Shown here one piece after another: positions 38,758 through 51,523 of a stretch of DNA of 64,000 bases. The stretch's first letter is position 1; the number at the start of each line of letters is the position of its first letter. Made by a program: the position numbers and the translations under genes. Source of the DNA: Squalus acanthias (lineage: Eukaryota); NCBI GenBank assembly GCA_030390025.1, contig CM059432.1, positions 83,330,001 through 83,394,000 of the forward strand, given 5' to 3'. Below the pieces are notes generated by a model. The model searched no databases, was not told the DNA's origin, and saw only the letters and a program-made list of their open reading frames with translations.

Positions 38758-40474
38758 TGATGTGAGAAGAAAGGGTGCTATCATTAATGGAGAGAGGGGA
38801 GGGAATTCCCGCAAGAACTTGTGGAAATGATTGCCAGCTTGAACTGAGAAAGTTGAAAAGAGTGCCAGCTTGAAGTGGGGTGGGAGGAAGAAGAGCGCCA
38901 GCTTGAATAGTAGAATGAAAGAAGAATGCTAGTTTGAACTGGATTAGAGGAGAAGAAGAGTGTCAGGTTGAATTGAGGGGGAAAGGGAAAAGGGTGCCAG
39001 TATGAACTGGGAGAGCTGGACATGAACAGGATGTCCCAAAGTGTAATGAAGGGGGGAATGAAGTGGAGAGGGGTTGGGAGGGATTAATGAATGGCAATGA
39101 AAGAGGACTGGATGTCACTGAAGGGGCATGGATAGTAATAAAGGTGTTGGGTGTTGGATTGAGTACAATGTCTGGGATTTTCCTTAGCTCGGCAGATCCA
39201 TGGCAGGCGACGTCGTTGGCAGTGAATGGTGAGACATAACGGTACCCCCCGCAATGGTGATGTGAAAGGAATGGCTTGGGCATTGTAGGGATGCTTTATG
39301 GTGTTGGTGTGGGGTGGTGCCAACCTGGCGCATCATGTGGCAGCCAGGGTGTACAGCATCAAGTGAAGTAAATCTGGCCATGGTGAGGCCATCCTTGGCC
39401 TCCCGGGCAGCAATGTGGTCGGGTGCTGATGCCCTCTGTCCTGTGCAGCATCAGATGGTTGAGGAGAAAGTTGGTGGTGTTGTTGCTGCTGGTGTGCCTG
39501 TTGCTGTTGGTGTTGGGGCTGATCGTGGTCAGATTCTGAGGACCAAGGTGAGAGAATGTAAATGGTACCCATGCTGATGGAGTAGATGGCAGTTGAAGTT
39601 GAGATGACAGAAGCAATCTGTCAGTGGTGAGAGAGGTTGTTGCAATGAGGTGACACTGGCTGGAGAATTTACTCCAAACACTTGCAGCCTGCATAAAGCT
39701 CAATCTGTGTTCCAAAGGGAGAAAGCAGCAGCCTCTGCGCTTGGAAAGTGAACAGGTGTGAAGTGGGAGCTTTTATACTACATTTCAAGTTGTCACTCAT
39801 CAGCTGATTCAATGGCCACTCAACTTCTGCCTCAGATTAACAGACGGGGTCCAGCAGCAGTGTGGAAGCCATGGGCAAGCTGTTAAGATCAAAAGGTAAG
39901 GTTAAATGTCAACAAGCCAATAATTGTTTAAATTAGGTACCCCGCTGCTGCCGGTTGGGTCTGCTCAGCACTGGTAGAACCGACATTGGGAAAGGCAAGT
40001 TTGTGCGATTTGACAGCGGGTTCCCGACCCGCAATCAATCTAATCAAATTTCACTGCTGACCCGCCACCGATCCGTCCACTGAGCACCGACAAAATTCGG
40101 GCCATTGTCATTGTAAACTGGCCTGGAAGGGATAGAGTGCCTCTGTGGACTGGGGTCTGCAGTGGGATTGATGTGGGACTGTGATTATTGAGGTAACTTT
40201 TGGAAAACTGATGATTTAGTTGGTTTGTTAAAAAAAAATCTATTAATTGTGAAGTATTAAAGTAATTAAAATAAATCAGAATGCATCATTTGTAATATAA
40301 AAATTCTATTTTTTTCCCAGGGAGCATGCCGCTGGACCCACTAGAAATGCATCATAATTTTGTGTCATCAACACTTGGATTTCCTTTTTTAGGTTTTATG
40401 TACTTATGTTGTTTTCCTCCAGTACAAGTGTAGGAATGTTAGTTATACCCACCGCTTAAGTTACACAGCCCTTT

Positions 40475-40611
40475 GGGCGCCAATCCGGCAGAGTGGATCT
40501 CCCGCCTGTTGAAGAACCGGCCTGTTTTTCATACCATTGATTTCATGAAAAAGGCCGGTTCTTTCACGGGGGGGGGGGGGGGGGGGGCAGCCGCTCTGCG
40601 GATTACTGCCC
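40475..40611. repeat. Short palindromic element (MITE-like)
   Basis: GAAGAACCGGCCTGTTTTTCA...TGAAAAAGGCCGGTTCTTTC and outer GGGC..AATCCGGCAGAGTGG / CCGCTCTGCGGATT..GCCC. No TSD match. Confidence 0.6.
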
Positions 40612-41156
40612 AGGCAGTGAAAACGAAAATTAACTTCCTTGTTTTCAGGTCATAGTCAGGGTGCTTATTGAGGTAGAAAGTTTGACATTTAGCATTACTA
40701 ACACAGCAATATTGTATTGTTAGCAAAACTACATCATAAGCTTGTCAGAAGACCATCAACACGTGAATGAGAACCTTGGGATGAGTGGTGTGGTGATCTT
40801 ACTACATTTCAGTATGATCTGACGGAAGTTGAGGATATCGAAAGTTGGCAGCTCCAGCTTTAGAGTCTCGGCCACTCCCCCAGCTATTCTCCGAGGGACT
40901 TCGCTCTTAAACACTGACAGTCATTCGCGTTATTGGCCAGTCATTGGGACTGTTTCGCCATCAAATCAGACGATGATTAATAGTTTCCACCCAAATAACA
41001 AACTACATTTAACATTGGATTAATTCGAGTGACGTTTCCGGACACCTGATTTAATGGAAAAGTGAAAGAGAAAAAGCACCTCCCCGAAGTTGGGGAATTT
41101 ATGCGGCTTCAGGGAAGCCAGTATGGATTGACAGTAAGAAGAATTAACAGTTGACC

Positions 41157-41479
41157 ATGGCAACTGAGGACAAGTTCAGCAAGTGCGATTTTCTATTGAC
41201 CCTAGCTGGATTCCTGCTGTATTTAGCAGACATTGGAACCGACCTTTGGGTTGCTGCAGTGTTTTTAATCGAAGGACATGTTACCTGGTGTGTTATGGTT
41301 TTGACGGTGACATTTGTTTCTGCATTGACACTTCAGAGCTTCAGCTGGTCTTGGTATCAAGATGACGAGAAAAGTCAGCAGGACAGTTCAGAAAGACAAC
41401 CTTCCCACAAGCAAGGCTGTAATAGCAGCTGCTCGTATCTCTGTGTGTTGCATTTTTTTCAGTTGGGAATGCTGGTAAG
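41157..41479 (+). CDS. XKR9: XK-related protein (phospholipid scramblase family) first coding exon, XKR9 by synteny with LACTB2
   Basis: Kozak ACCATGG. MATEDKFSKCDFLLTLAGFLLYLADIGTDLWVAAVFLIEGH...QSFSWSWY...LHFFQLGMLVR carries XK-family motifs (DxxxDxW, SWSWY, LHxxQxG). Phase-2 donor AG|GTAGGT. No next exon found in the window. Confidence 0.88.
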
Positions 41480-41649
41480 GTAGGTACTTTCCGATTACAT
41501 ATTCTGCACCATTGCAGAAAAATCAGATACAGAAAAAATGCGAATTTTCCAGTCCGCCTCCATCCGTTCTGCATTCGCGCAGCTGGTGCAAATGACCCAG
41601 AATGACAGGATTATGGAAAGGAACGAACTCAGACCCAGTTCATACAAGA

Positions 41650-41797
41650 ACAGAACACTGCGATGCTGGAAATCTGAAATAAAAACAGAAACTGCAGCAG
41701 GTCAGGCAGGTCGACCTGAAACGTTGACTCTGTTTCTCTCTCCACAGATGCTGACTGACCTGCTGAGTATTTCCAGCACTTTCTGTTTTTATTTCAG
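41650..41797. mobile_element. Inverted Penelope terminal-repeat fragment
   Basis: TCTGAAATAAAAACAGAAA...TTTCTGTTTTTATTTCAGA inverted arms. Internal GACCTGAAACGTTGACTCTG is related to the hammerhead-containing repeat at 20960-20995. Confidence 0.65.
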
Positions 41798-42099
41798 ACC
41801 CAGCTCATTTCACGTGTGGGCCGCAGCACTGGTAGTTGCTTTTTGTCAATTACTAATTCCCTAGCCCATCCAGTCCCACTTTTCTTTCCAGTGAAGGTTA
41901 TTTTTTCTCGTGAATAAAATGTAACTTCTAGCTATGTCGCAATATGTGTTGTATATAAATACTTAAGCCCCATTCATTTTAAATGTGTCACTGTTTTCAT
42001 CAAAACAGCTCAGTTTCCAGTGGACTGTCTATAACTGTACCACCACCTTTCCAAGTTATTCTTTTTACACCATGCATTGTGGTAATATTTATATATTAC

Positions 42100-42345
42100 A
42101 AAGTATTTACAGCACAGAAACAGGCCATTCAGCCCAACAGGTCCATGCCAGTGTTTATGTTCCACACAGAGCCTCCTCCCACCCTTCTTCATCTAACCCC
42201 ATCAATATAACCTTCTATTCCTTTCTTCCTCATGTGCTTAGCTAGCTTCCCCTTACATGCATCGATGTTATTCGCCTCAACGACTCCTTGTGGAAGCAAG
42301 TTCCACATTCTTACCATTCTGGGGAAAGAAGTTTCTCCTGAATTA
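42100..42345 (-). mobile_element. CR1 3' end fragment
   Basis: Same sequence type as 358-600 and 27841-28080. Confidence 0.7.
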
Positions 42346-43349
42346 CAAATCTATCTATTTAAAAATGTTTTTGCTAAATCTGAAAAGACTCTAATGTAGG
42401 TGTACTGAGAAACAGTGGAGTAACCTCACTTGAAGCAGTCAAGTTGAAGTTACAACACTCTTAAATTTAAAGCTGTATTCACACTGCTATGTGGTGTTGT
42501 TTCAAAGCGGTTTTGCTTCACACCAAAGCGAAACAGTTGTGCACATCAGCAGTCAGGGCTTGACCTGAGTCCAGAGAGAAGCAGAGCAAGACTCCCTTTT
42601 CTAGCTAGTCTCACTCGGGTTCGCTCTGGAATCAGGAATTGACGTATAATACATTTTTAGCATTTACCAAAGCAAAATCATGTTGCACTGATGCAACGGT
42701 TGTATTGTAAATGTCGCTAAAATGTGGATGTCATTGAGTGAATATTCATTAAATGCATTAGCATTTACAGTTGTTATGGTTGCTATGCGATTGCTGCTGA
42801 TGGGATCTTGTGATGCACTGGTTGAAAAGTAATTTTACAGTGGCTTGTTGGAGGAGTAACACATCACAGTATATAGTATAAGACTCCTATTGTACAAATG
42901 ACGCACATTCAAGACATGAAAAATGGGAAATTGAATATTTGTGGGATCTAACTCATACACAGCTGATAAAGATGGGCTGTATTAGTTACATCCTGACTGA
43001 TATATTTGCTGCAATTTCTTTTCTAATAAATATTATCTTCACACAGCATTTTCTCACGTCTTAGTTTTTAAAGAGATTAACATTTTTAAATTTAAATTTC
43101 CTAAATTTGTATTGCATCCTATGTTATGTGGAGGACAGATGATTTCTCTGGGGTAGAGTGCACATTTATCCACAGTTCACATCAGTAAGCTCTGTAAAAG
43201 TGAAAGTATCCTGGTGATCAGCAGGCAGAGGAAAAGGCCAAGACAGAAACCCAGCAACAAGGATAGGAAAGGCCAGGTCAAAAGGAGAACGGAGAAGAAT
43301 TTGGTCTCTAGTACAAAGCTGCACAATTGCTTTTATGAGCAATATTAAA

Positions 43350-44555
43350 AGTCATATTGAGAGAGAGTCGACATGGATATGTGAAGGGCAAATCATGTCT
43401 GACTCATCTAGTTCAATTTTTTGAGGAGATCATTAACATGGTCGATAAGGGAGTGTCTATGGATGTTGTCTGTATGGACTTCCAGAAGGCATTTGATAAC
43501 CTTCCACACAAGAGATTTTTAGCAAAAATGAAAGCACATGGAATTGGAGGCCATCTTACAACATGGGCTGGAGATTGGTTGGGAGATAGGAGACAGAGAG
43601 TTAGGATAAAGATTACGTACTCTGATATGCAGGATTATCCGCATTACCCGATTATCAAAATCCACGACAAGGCCTTGGACAACATGGACCACTTTCCATA
43701 CCTCGGGAGCCTACTGTCAACAAGGGCAGACGTCGATGACGAAGTCCAACACTGCCTTCAGTGTGCCAGTGCAACCTTCGGTCGCCTGAGGAAGAGAGTG
43801 TTTGAAGATCAGGACCTCAAACCTGGCACTAAGCTCATGGTCTACAGAGCAGCAGTGATGCCCGCCCTGCTGTATGACTCAGAGACATGGACCATGTACA
43901 GCAGGCACCTCAAAGCACTGGAGAGGTACCACCAATGCTGCCTCCGCAAGATCGTGCAAATCTATTGGCAGGATAGGCATTGGACTCATCAGTCACCTGA
44001 GAACTCATTTTTAATGTGGAAGCAAGTCATCCTCGGTTCCTAGGGACTGCCTAAAGAGGAGGAGGAGGGACAAGTGATGTTCCCCAGAGATTTGTATGGG
44101 AGCATCAGCTTTTAACCATATATATTAATGACTTGGATGAAGAAAAAGAGAGTTGTATATCCAAGTTTGCAGATGAAACTAAGTTGGGAGGCATAGTAAG
44201 TTTTGCTGATAGGAACAGAAGTTACAAAGTGTCATAGATAAATGAGTAGACAAAACTGGCAAATGGATTTCAATGTGGGGAAGTGTGAGATAATCAATTT
44301 TGGATGCAAGAACGACAATTTTTTCTTAATGGTGAGAAAGTAAAAACTGTGGAGGAGCAAAGAAAGTTGGTTGTCCATGTATATAGATCACTAAAAGCTA
44401 GTGGACAGGTACAAAATGTAATTGAAAAGTCTAATGGAATGTTGGCCTTATCACAAGGGGACTGGAATACAAAGGGGAGGAAGTTATGGTTTAGTTGTAT
44501 AGATCCTTGGTCAACTCCATCTGGAAAGTGTTCAGTTCTGGGGACTGCACCTCAG
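43350..44555 (+). mobile_element. Degenerate CR1 LINE interrupted by an RTE LINE
   Basis: HGYVKGKSCLTHL...MDFQKAFDNLPH before 43635. CR1 RT sequence resumes after ~44070 (AAGTTTGCAGATGAAACTAAG). Confidence 0.75.
43640..44068 (+). mobile_element. RTE-clade LINE 3' fragment
   Basis: FPYLGSLLS...ASATFGRLRKRVF...TKLMVYRAAVMPALLYDSETWT...LERYHQCCLRKI (RTE C-terminal signature). Ends in a (GAG)n tail. Confidence 0.8.
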
Positions 44556-47194
44556 TGCCCGTGTTGCTGTTTTAGATTGCATATGAGGCTACTGAACTGA
44601 CTTGCAGGTTACAGTACAAAATATTGGGGCTAGTTGCATTACTAAAAGTTTGGTGAACTCACTTGTGAGCTAATCTTGAACCGTAGTGACTAATAAGTAG
44701 ATCCTTGTTATAGCATGCTATTTGTAAATCAGCCGAAAAGATCAAATTTCAAAATAGGCATATTAGAATATAAACAAGAGTCTATTGGCCATTGAAGCAG
44801 CTATTTGTAGGCTTGGGTAGACTAGTGAAGACATCAATATCCCACATTCTTGTACCCATTATAAATTTTCTTGTAGTTTTACTGCGAACTACAACTCATT
44901 CGAAACATTGCAACCCTTGCCTGCACCGAGGCCCACACACTTATTACTGTCATTGTTATCAAACTTCACTGAGCTGCAGCCATGTGAATGTTAAGATGCT
45001 TATCTTTGTCTTCGATCCCTTCACAGCCTCACCCCACCCTACCACAGCAAACTCCCCCAGGCCAACACCCTTGCACACAATCACCATTCCTTTGACTCCT
45101 TATTTACCACTCTCTCTGCTCCTTCTTCCACTATGCCCTTTGCCTATTGGAACTTTCTTCCCCAGCAACTCCACCTTATCACCTCCCCCTTGCCTTCAAA
45201 AGTCTTCTTAAGACTCTTCTCTTTGACTTTGCTTCGCCGTCCACTACTTTTTTTTCCTTTTTTTCTCTTGCTTGGAGTCCACTCTTTGCCCACCGCCCTT
45301 TAAAGCACTCGGAGAAATCTCTCTGTATGTAAGGACCACTGCAGGAATGCAAGTTGTTATTGTTGTATACAACTTAGGCAGAATGCATAATTAGTGACTG
45401 TTACATTTCACAATTTGATTGGTAAATTAAATTTCTACTTCTAAATGTGTGCAATTATTGTCACAGTTGATTTTTACCTTCTTGCTCAGCTGAAAATCCA
45501 ATGATAGTATTGATTTTCAACTGTAGCTTTAATTTACCAATTTAATATATGTAATGTTAAATTTAAGGTGTGGTCTTAGTAACTAAAAATGTCCTATCTT
45601 TTTAAGGATGTGCATACCTAAATTTGTTGCAACAAAATCTGGAAGCTCTGAAGAAAAATGAAATTTCATTCTGATATTTTAAAGCCTCCATTTTCTTGCA
45701 GCCCACTCACATATCCAATAATGATCATAACAATTAACTTTTTAATCTAATTTTTTAAATCTAATTAAATCTCAAAAACAGCAAGTACAAGAGGTTCAAA
45801 GATTAATATTAAATTAAAGTTTCTTTCTTAAATTAAATTCAATCAGACTTAGCTCACAGCATTCCATATTGAGGAACATCAATTTTAATTCAATGTAAAA
45901 ACTGATCTATAGTTTGGTAGCAGTACCACACAACTCCTACTTTTATACAGTAAGTGAGAGTTTCAGCAGTGCCTTATTTAGTATATCTTATGAGCTGCCA
46001 CTAACTCTTTTATTTCCTCAGTTGATACACTGGAGAGTATATTTTCTGACTAGTAACAGCCTAATTTTGAGTGTAAAGTGGTCAATATGGATTGGAAAAT
46101 GGGCCAGAGATTTGTTTCACCTGACCTCTGCTCATTTTGCGCATCGTGCACAATTCTGGTGGGAGACTTGTTGGGCGCAGGAAGCTGCCGCCTGAAACAG
46201 CTGGGAGCATCATGTCAACATTCAGATGATTTTCTGATGTCTCTTTGGTCACATAAATTCTCAATGTTCGTGCTGCATTACACTGAGTGAACTAGGCAGC
46301 CATATAAATTGGGAGCCAACTGTTGCAAGGGACTGCAATATTTACCAAAGTTTATTCAAAGAGCCCTGAAAGAAGTTTCTTTTAACTATTTTCAGGAAAT
46401 TGCTGTATTGTTTTTTCTTGCTTTTTTTCCTGCTGCTTTCATGTAGCTTTTCAGAACCCTTGTGGCAATTATGGTGGTGCAGCCTTTTTTCCCAACAGCT
46501 GCAATGTTGCCACAATAGGTTTCCCCATGGGAATTTTCCTATAACTCTGCTTTTTGATGATTAGATTGTACTTTTTGTTAAACCTGTTTAAAGCAGGGGT
46601 TACTGCACCTGTCATGGGTCATTGTTGTCTAAATTTGAAGATTTTTCTATACTGTTGGTGACAGTTTGCGTTCAAGCATGAGTAGCTAGTAAGCTGAAGA
46701 TGGGCTGATTTGCATTTTAAAATGGAAATGTTCAATGGGTTTAAAGAATTCTTTCAATGCTTGCATGACATTTTATTACTGTCTATTCTTACCAATGCTT
46801 ATTTTTTATTATTTTACTTATTATATATGGGTGTTGCTGTTGGGTGGAGCAAATAGCTGCGATGCATTTCATTATTCATTACCTGACTGTGCCATGACTC
46901 AACTCAAAAGCTCATTCAAAGTACATCCAGATAATAAGAATAAATCGCATTACTGTCAGTTGGTTAGGAACACAGGAATGTACCCGACCAGAAGAAACTA
47001 TTGTGGTATATCTGATTGGTTCTGAAATTCAAGAATACCAAAACAATATTTTATCTCTCATACTCCTCAATCACTTTGTGCCATATATCTGTCCAGTTCC
47101 CTCTTGAGTATGCAGCAACTAGCTGGCTCTACTGCCTTCCCAGGCAATCTTTTTCTAATATTCACCACCCTTTGTGCTAAGTAATTAAATTTAA

Positions 47195-48370
47195 TCTGTC
47201 TAGATTTCCAAAAGGCATTCGATAAGGTGCCACATAAAAGGTTGTCACCCAAGATAAGGGCTCATGGGTTGGGAGTAATATATTAGCATGGATTGAGGAT
47301 TGGTTAATGGACAGAAAACAGAGAGTAGGAATAAACGGGTCATTTTCTGGTTGGCAGGCTGTAACTAGTGGGGGTACTGCAAGGATCGGTGCTTTGGTCT
47401 CAGCTATTTACAATCTATATTAATGATTTAGATGAAGGGACTGAGTACAATGTATCCAAGTTTGCTGACGATACAAAGCTAGGTGGGAAAGTAAGCTGTG
47501 AGGAGGACAGAAAGAGCTTGCAAAGGGATATAGACAACTTAAGTGAGTGAGCAATAAGGTGGCAGATGGAGTTTAATGTGGGGAAATGTGAGGTTATTCA
47601 CTTTGGTAGGAAGAATAGAAAAACAGAATATTTTTTAAATGGTGAGAAACTATTAAATGTTGGTGTTCAGAGAGATTTAGGTGTTGTCGTACAGGAAACA
47701 CAGCAAGTTAGCATGCAGGTACAGCAAGCAATTAGGAAGGCAAATGGCATGTTGGCCTTTATTGCAAGGGGGTTTGAATACAAGAGTAAGGAAGTCTTAC
47801 TACAATTGTACAGGGCTTTGGTGAGACCACCCCTGGAGTACTGTGCACAGTTTTGGTCTCCTTATCTCAGAAAAGACATACATGCCTTAGAGGCGGTGCG
47901 ACGAAGATTCACTAGATTGATTCCTGGGATGAGAGGGTTGTCCTATGAGGAGAGATTAATTGGAATGGGCCTATATGCTCTGGAGTTTAGAAGAATGAGA
48001 GGTGAGTTCATTGAAACAGATAAGATTCTGAGGGGGATTGACAGGATAAATGCTGAGAGATTGTTTCCCCTGGCTGGAGAGTCTAGAACTAGGGGGCATA
48101 GTCTCAGGATAAGGGGTCGGCTTTTAAGACTGTGATGAGGAATTTATTTACTCAGAGGGTTATGAATCGTTAGAATTCCCTACCCCAAAGGGCTGTGGAT
48201 GCTCAGTTGTTGAGTATATTCAAGGCTGAGATAGATAGATTTTTGGACTCTAGGGGAATCAAGGGATATGGGGATCAGGCGGGAAAGTGGAGCTGAGGTC
48301 GAAGATCAGCCATGATCTTATTGAATGGCGGAGCAGGCTCGAAGGGCCGTATGGCCTACTCCTGCTCTGA
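47195..48370 (+). mobile_element. CR1 LINE, 5'-truncated
   Basis: ORF 47368-47550 (FADDTKL) and ORF 47566-48135 (LYRALVRPPLEYCAQFWSP). 3' UTR ends GGCCTACTCCTGCTC. Confidence 0.9.
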
Positions 48371-48647
48371 ACTCTTATATTTTTATGTTCACATTCCTTC
48401 TCCTGAGTTTGAACCATGCTCCTTCTTAACAGAGTTTGTAAGAATGTCAAATATATTATCAGAGCTCAATTTATCTGTACCTCTTAGCCTTCCCTTTATC
48501 ATAGTAAATACTTCAAGTTTCCTTAGCCTGTCCTCATAGGTGCCTAATTCAAGGTGTCACTTTTGTTGTTAGCTGTGCCCTTGCAAATACCAGGATGTTC
48601 CTGTTGTAGCATGGTGACCTGGGTTCATAGGATATAGATTGCAGCAC

Positions 48648-50350
48648 TGAAGGACGCCATTTGGTGAAGGGATAATTACAAGTCCTAGCCCTTTCAGACT
48701 TCCCCAGATCAGGCGTATTCCCCAGATGTTTACCTTCAACTAAAGTTAGCGGTAGCTGGATCCCATAAGACGATTAATTGGGTCTAAAGGTCAGACTACC
48801 TCTCCCTAAAGGAAAGAAACGGTCTAAAGATGTTACCGTCCTCCGGATAGTACTTTTAGTAAGTTTAACTAGACTGTAACCTTCCGGATATTATGAGGGT
48901 CTGGAATACCCCCCTAGAATTCTGCATCTCCTTTGAGTGTATAGAAATTGAGTTCGCAAGATGATACAGAAATACTCTTTGAGATAATTCTAAAAATATA
49001 TAGATTTATTAAAAAAACGACATTTAGATAATATTTATTATGACAATCGCAACTTTAACCGTTCAAAATACAAATAGCTTACATTTCTTATCAGAGATCC
49101 TTATTCTCAAATCTTAACTTTGTTACATTTCCACACTTCTACTTATTTCTTAATCCAGAATATCTTAAGTCAATCGCGACTTTAATAGTTCAAAATACAA
49201 ATAGCTTTTATTTCTTAATCCAGAATATCCACCAAAATCAAATACCTTGATTACCCGAGACTCAAAATTGAAAACTTACAGAGAGTGTCTGTGAAGTTGA
49301 GAAACGCTTTTTTGTCTTCCCAGCGACTTCTGACTTTCTATCTGAAAAGCTCATATTTTTATATCTTTTTTGCAGCGGTTTATCCTTTGAAGTATTCATG
49401 CTGATGTAAGCTAATTGTGTTTATTGATATCTCTGTTGAATGCTTTCTGTCTTTACTGTCAATTTAGCCATTGCATGCATAATTATGTCTCTACCTTAGA
49501 TGTTTCAAAAACCATCATAAACACAATGACAGCAATGGTTTCTGTTTGATGCAATTCTTAGGAAGTCTTTCTATTGAATTTCTAATACTACTTTAACTGG
49601 TTATTATCAGACATTGTGACTCTGTGGTATTCCAAGTTCAATACAAGAACAATGTAATTGCTTGGTGCATCCATTGAAGTAATATTTTCAAAGTCGTCTT
49701 GTTTGTGTACCTTTTACAACTTGTAAATACTTTATCTAGGGTGTTCCATACATTTCTTATTTACTTCAATTGGTTTTTATCAGACCTCGGGACTCCATAT
49801 TTCAAGCTTAACATTAAAACTATTTGCTTAGCAGGCGTTTCTTTTACTTGATGTCATTTCTTCAAAGCCTTCTGTAGGTATCATATTTACAATATGTAAA
49901 TTGAAAACACTTTAACTCAGTGTTTACTTGTTTTCTAGCTATCTCAATTGGTTGCATATTTAATCGTGTTTCCTGTCTTATTTGATGTTATATTATGAAG
50001 GCTTATGGTTGTTTAATATTCTAAGTTTCTGTTTGCATCAGTGTTAGCTTTTGACACTTTAAATTGGGTGATTCCATTGTTTTGGTTCCAATGTTCAGAC
50101 ATAGAGGAACCTTCAAATGGTTTGCTTCAAAGGGCATTGTTTTAGTATTTTTAACTAATTCCCATTTCAAAGCTTGTGGTGTTTTACAACTTTGTTTAAC
50201 AACTGATCTTATCTCGTAAGCCTGTATTTCTGTTTTACGGCCTGTGTCGTCGAGGCTTTTAGATTTTTAAACCCAGTATGTCTTGTATTAATAATTTCAG
50301 AAATCTGTTTTTAGTATCGTGTATTTTTCTGAATCCTGGCTATTCCTTCA
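48648..50350 (-). mobile_element. Candidate long solo LTR (~1.7 kb)
   Basis: 7-bp inverted termini TGAAGGA...TCCTTCA, minus-strand TATA (GATATAAAAA, ~49360) and AATAAA (~49010), internal direct repeats, no long ORFs. TSD ambiguous. Confidence 0.5.
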
Positions 50351-51523
50351 CATTGGCTCATTATTTCTGTGCTGGTGCTAACTTTTCAACTGAAGCTACC
50401 TTTTCTAATTCAATTTTTCTTCCCTTTTTTCATTTATTTTGTATTTTTCCTTTGCAAATACGTATCCTATTCCCTTTTAGATGATTGTAAGCTTTTTATT
50501 TTGACTGGCATTAAATTGACAGCAAGACCAATTCTTTTGAAACAATTCGAGTAAGTTTATTAAACACACACACATGACATGGCCTATTGGACAAAACAAT
50601 CAGTTTACTGGTATCCTATGGACTCTACTTGATTACAACAGGTAAGGTAATGGGTTACAGATTTAAACAGACTTATACTTCCCTCTAAGTCAAGCAATGC
50701 ACGCGGCCTTCTTCCTTGGTCTGATCTGTAGAGGGGGGCTTCCTGCTTTTCCACGTGGTCATCAAGAGAGAGAGAGAGCTTTTGGTTTCCTTCTTTTATA
50801 TCTTTTGAAGTCCATTGTCTCTAGTATAAATTGCTAAGACCCCAGGATTGGGTCTTAGTTTCATGGCAGTTCTTGTTTGGCTTTCCTTACTCATGTGACT
50901 GTCTGCAGCGGCTGGTGCCATTTCTTGATTAAGTTAATCGTTTTGTTAACACCTTTTAATGGCTCTGAGTTTCGATGGGTTTTCGATGGGTTTGTTTACC
51001 CTGAAAGTCATAGGGGTAAAAATTCAGTTGGTTGCGCCTCCCGTTAGCGCCTTAAGAGGGCGCTAATGGGGCGCAAAGCCGCTAACGCCCGGGCGCAGCG
51101 ATGTTTGCGCCGCTCGGGAACTTAACTAGAGATTGTGCGGCGGCGCTAAACTTTACCGCTGCGACCACCTGCGCGCGCAGATTGTGACGTCATTCCATGG
51201 TGCAACACCCTTGTGGTGCCCCGGAGCGGAAATTGAGTGGCGCCCCCTACCTTACCGCCTGGCGCATCCAACGACCGGAAGACTGGAACGCTATCAATCG
51301 CTGTGGGGCTGGGGGGGGCGCTATTTAAAGGGGGCCTCTTCCTGTCTTTTTCTGTGGTTGACATTTTTGCACCACTCGTTCTGAGAGAGAGAGAGAGATT
51401 CGGAGAGAGAGAAAGAGAGACTTCTGCATTGACTCAATGCTTTGTGAGGTAATTTTGCCTACTGATCCTAACTTCGCTAGTACTTTAGTTGCTGTCCTTC
51501 ATTACTTTGCTTGCAAAGAGACT

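Noticed and set aside
37880..39130. ORFs in purine-rich sequence (also C-rich 30940-31830)
   Set aside because: Low-complexity DNA, with no splice-supported or recognisable protein.
39180..40103. Gln-rich ORF 39333-39572 and TIR-like end AAAATTCGGGCC at 40103
   Set aside because: Probably another decayed Harbinger end, but I could not find a diagnostic protein motif or a partner TIR.
43357..44043. 228-aa CR1/RTE chimeric ORF as a new gene
   Set aside because: Non-ATG start, both parts are degenerate fragments and no promoter is evident. A chance in-frame nesting.
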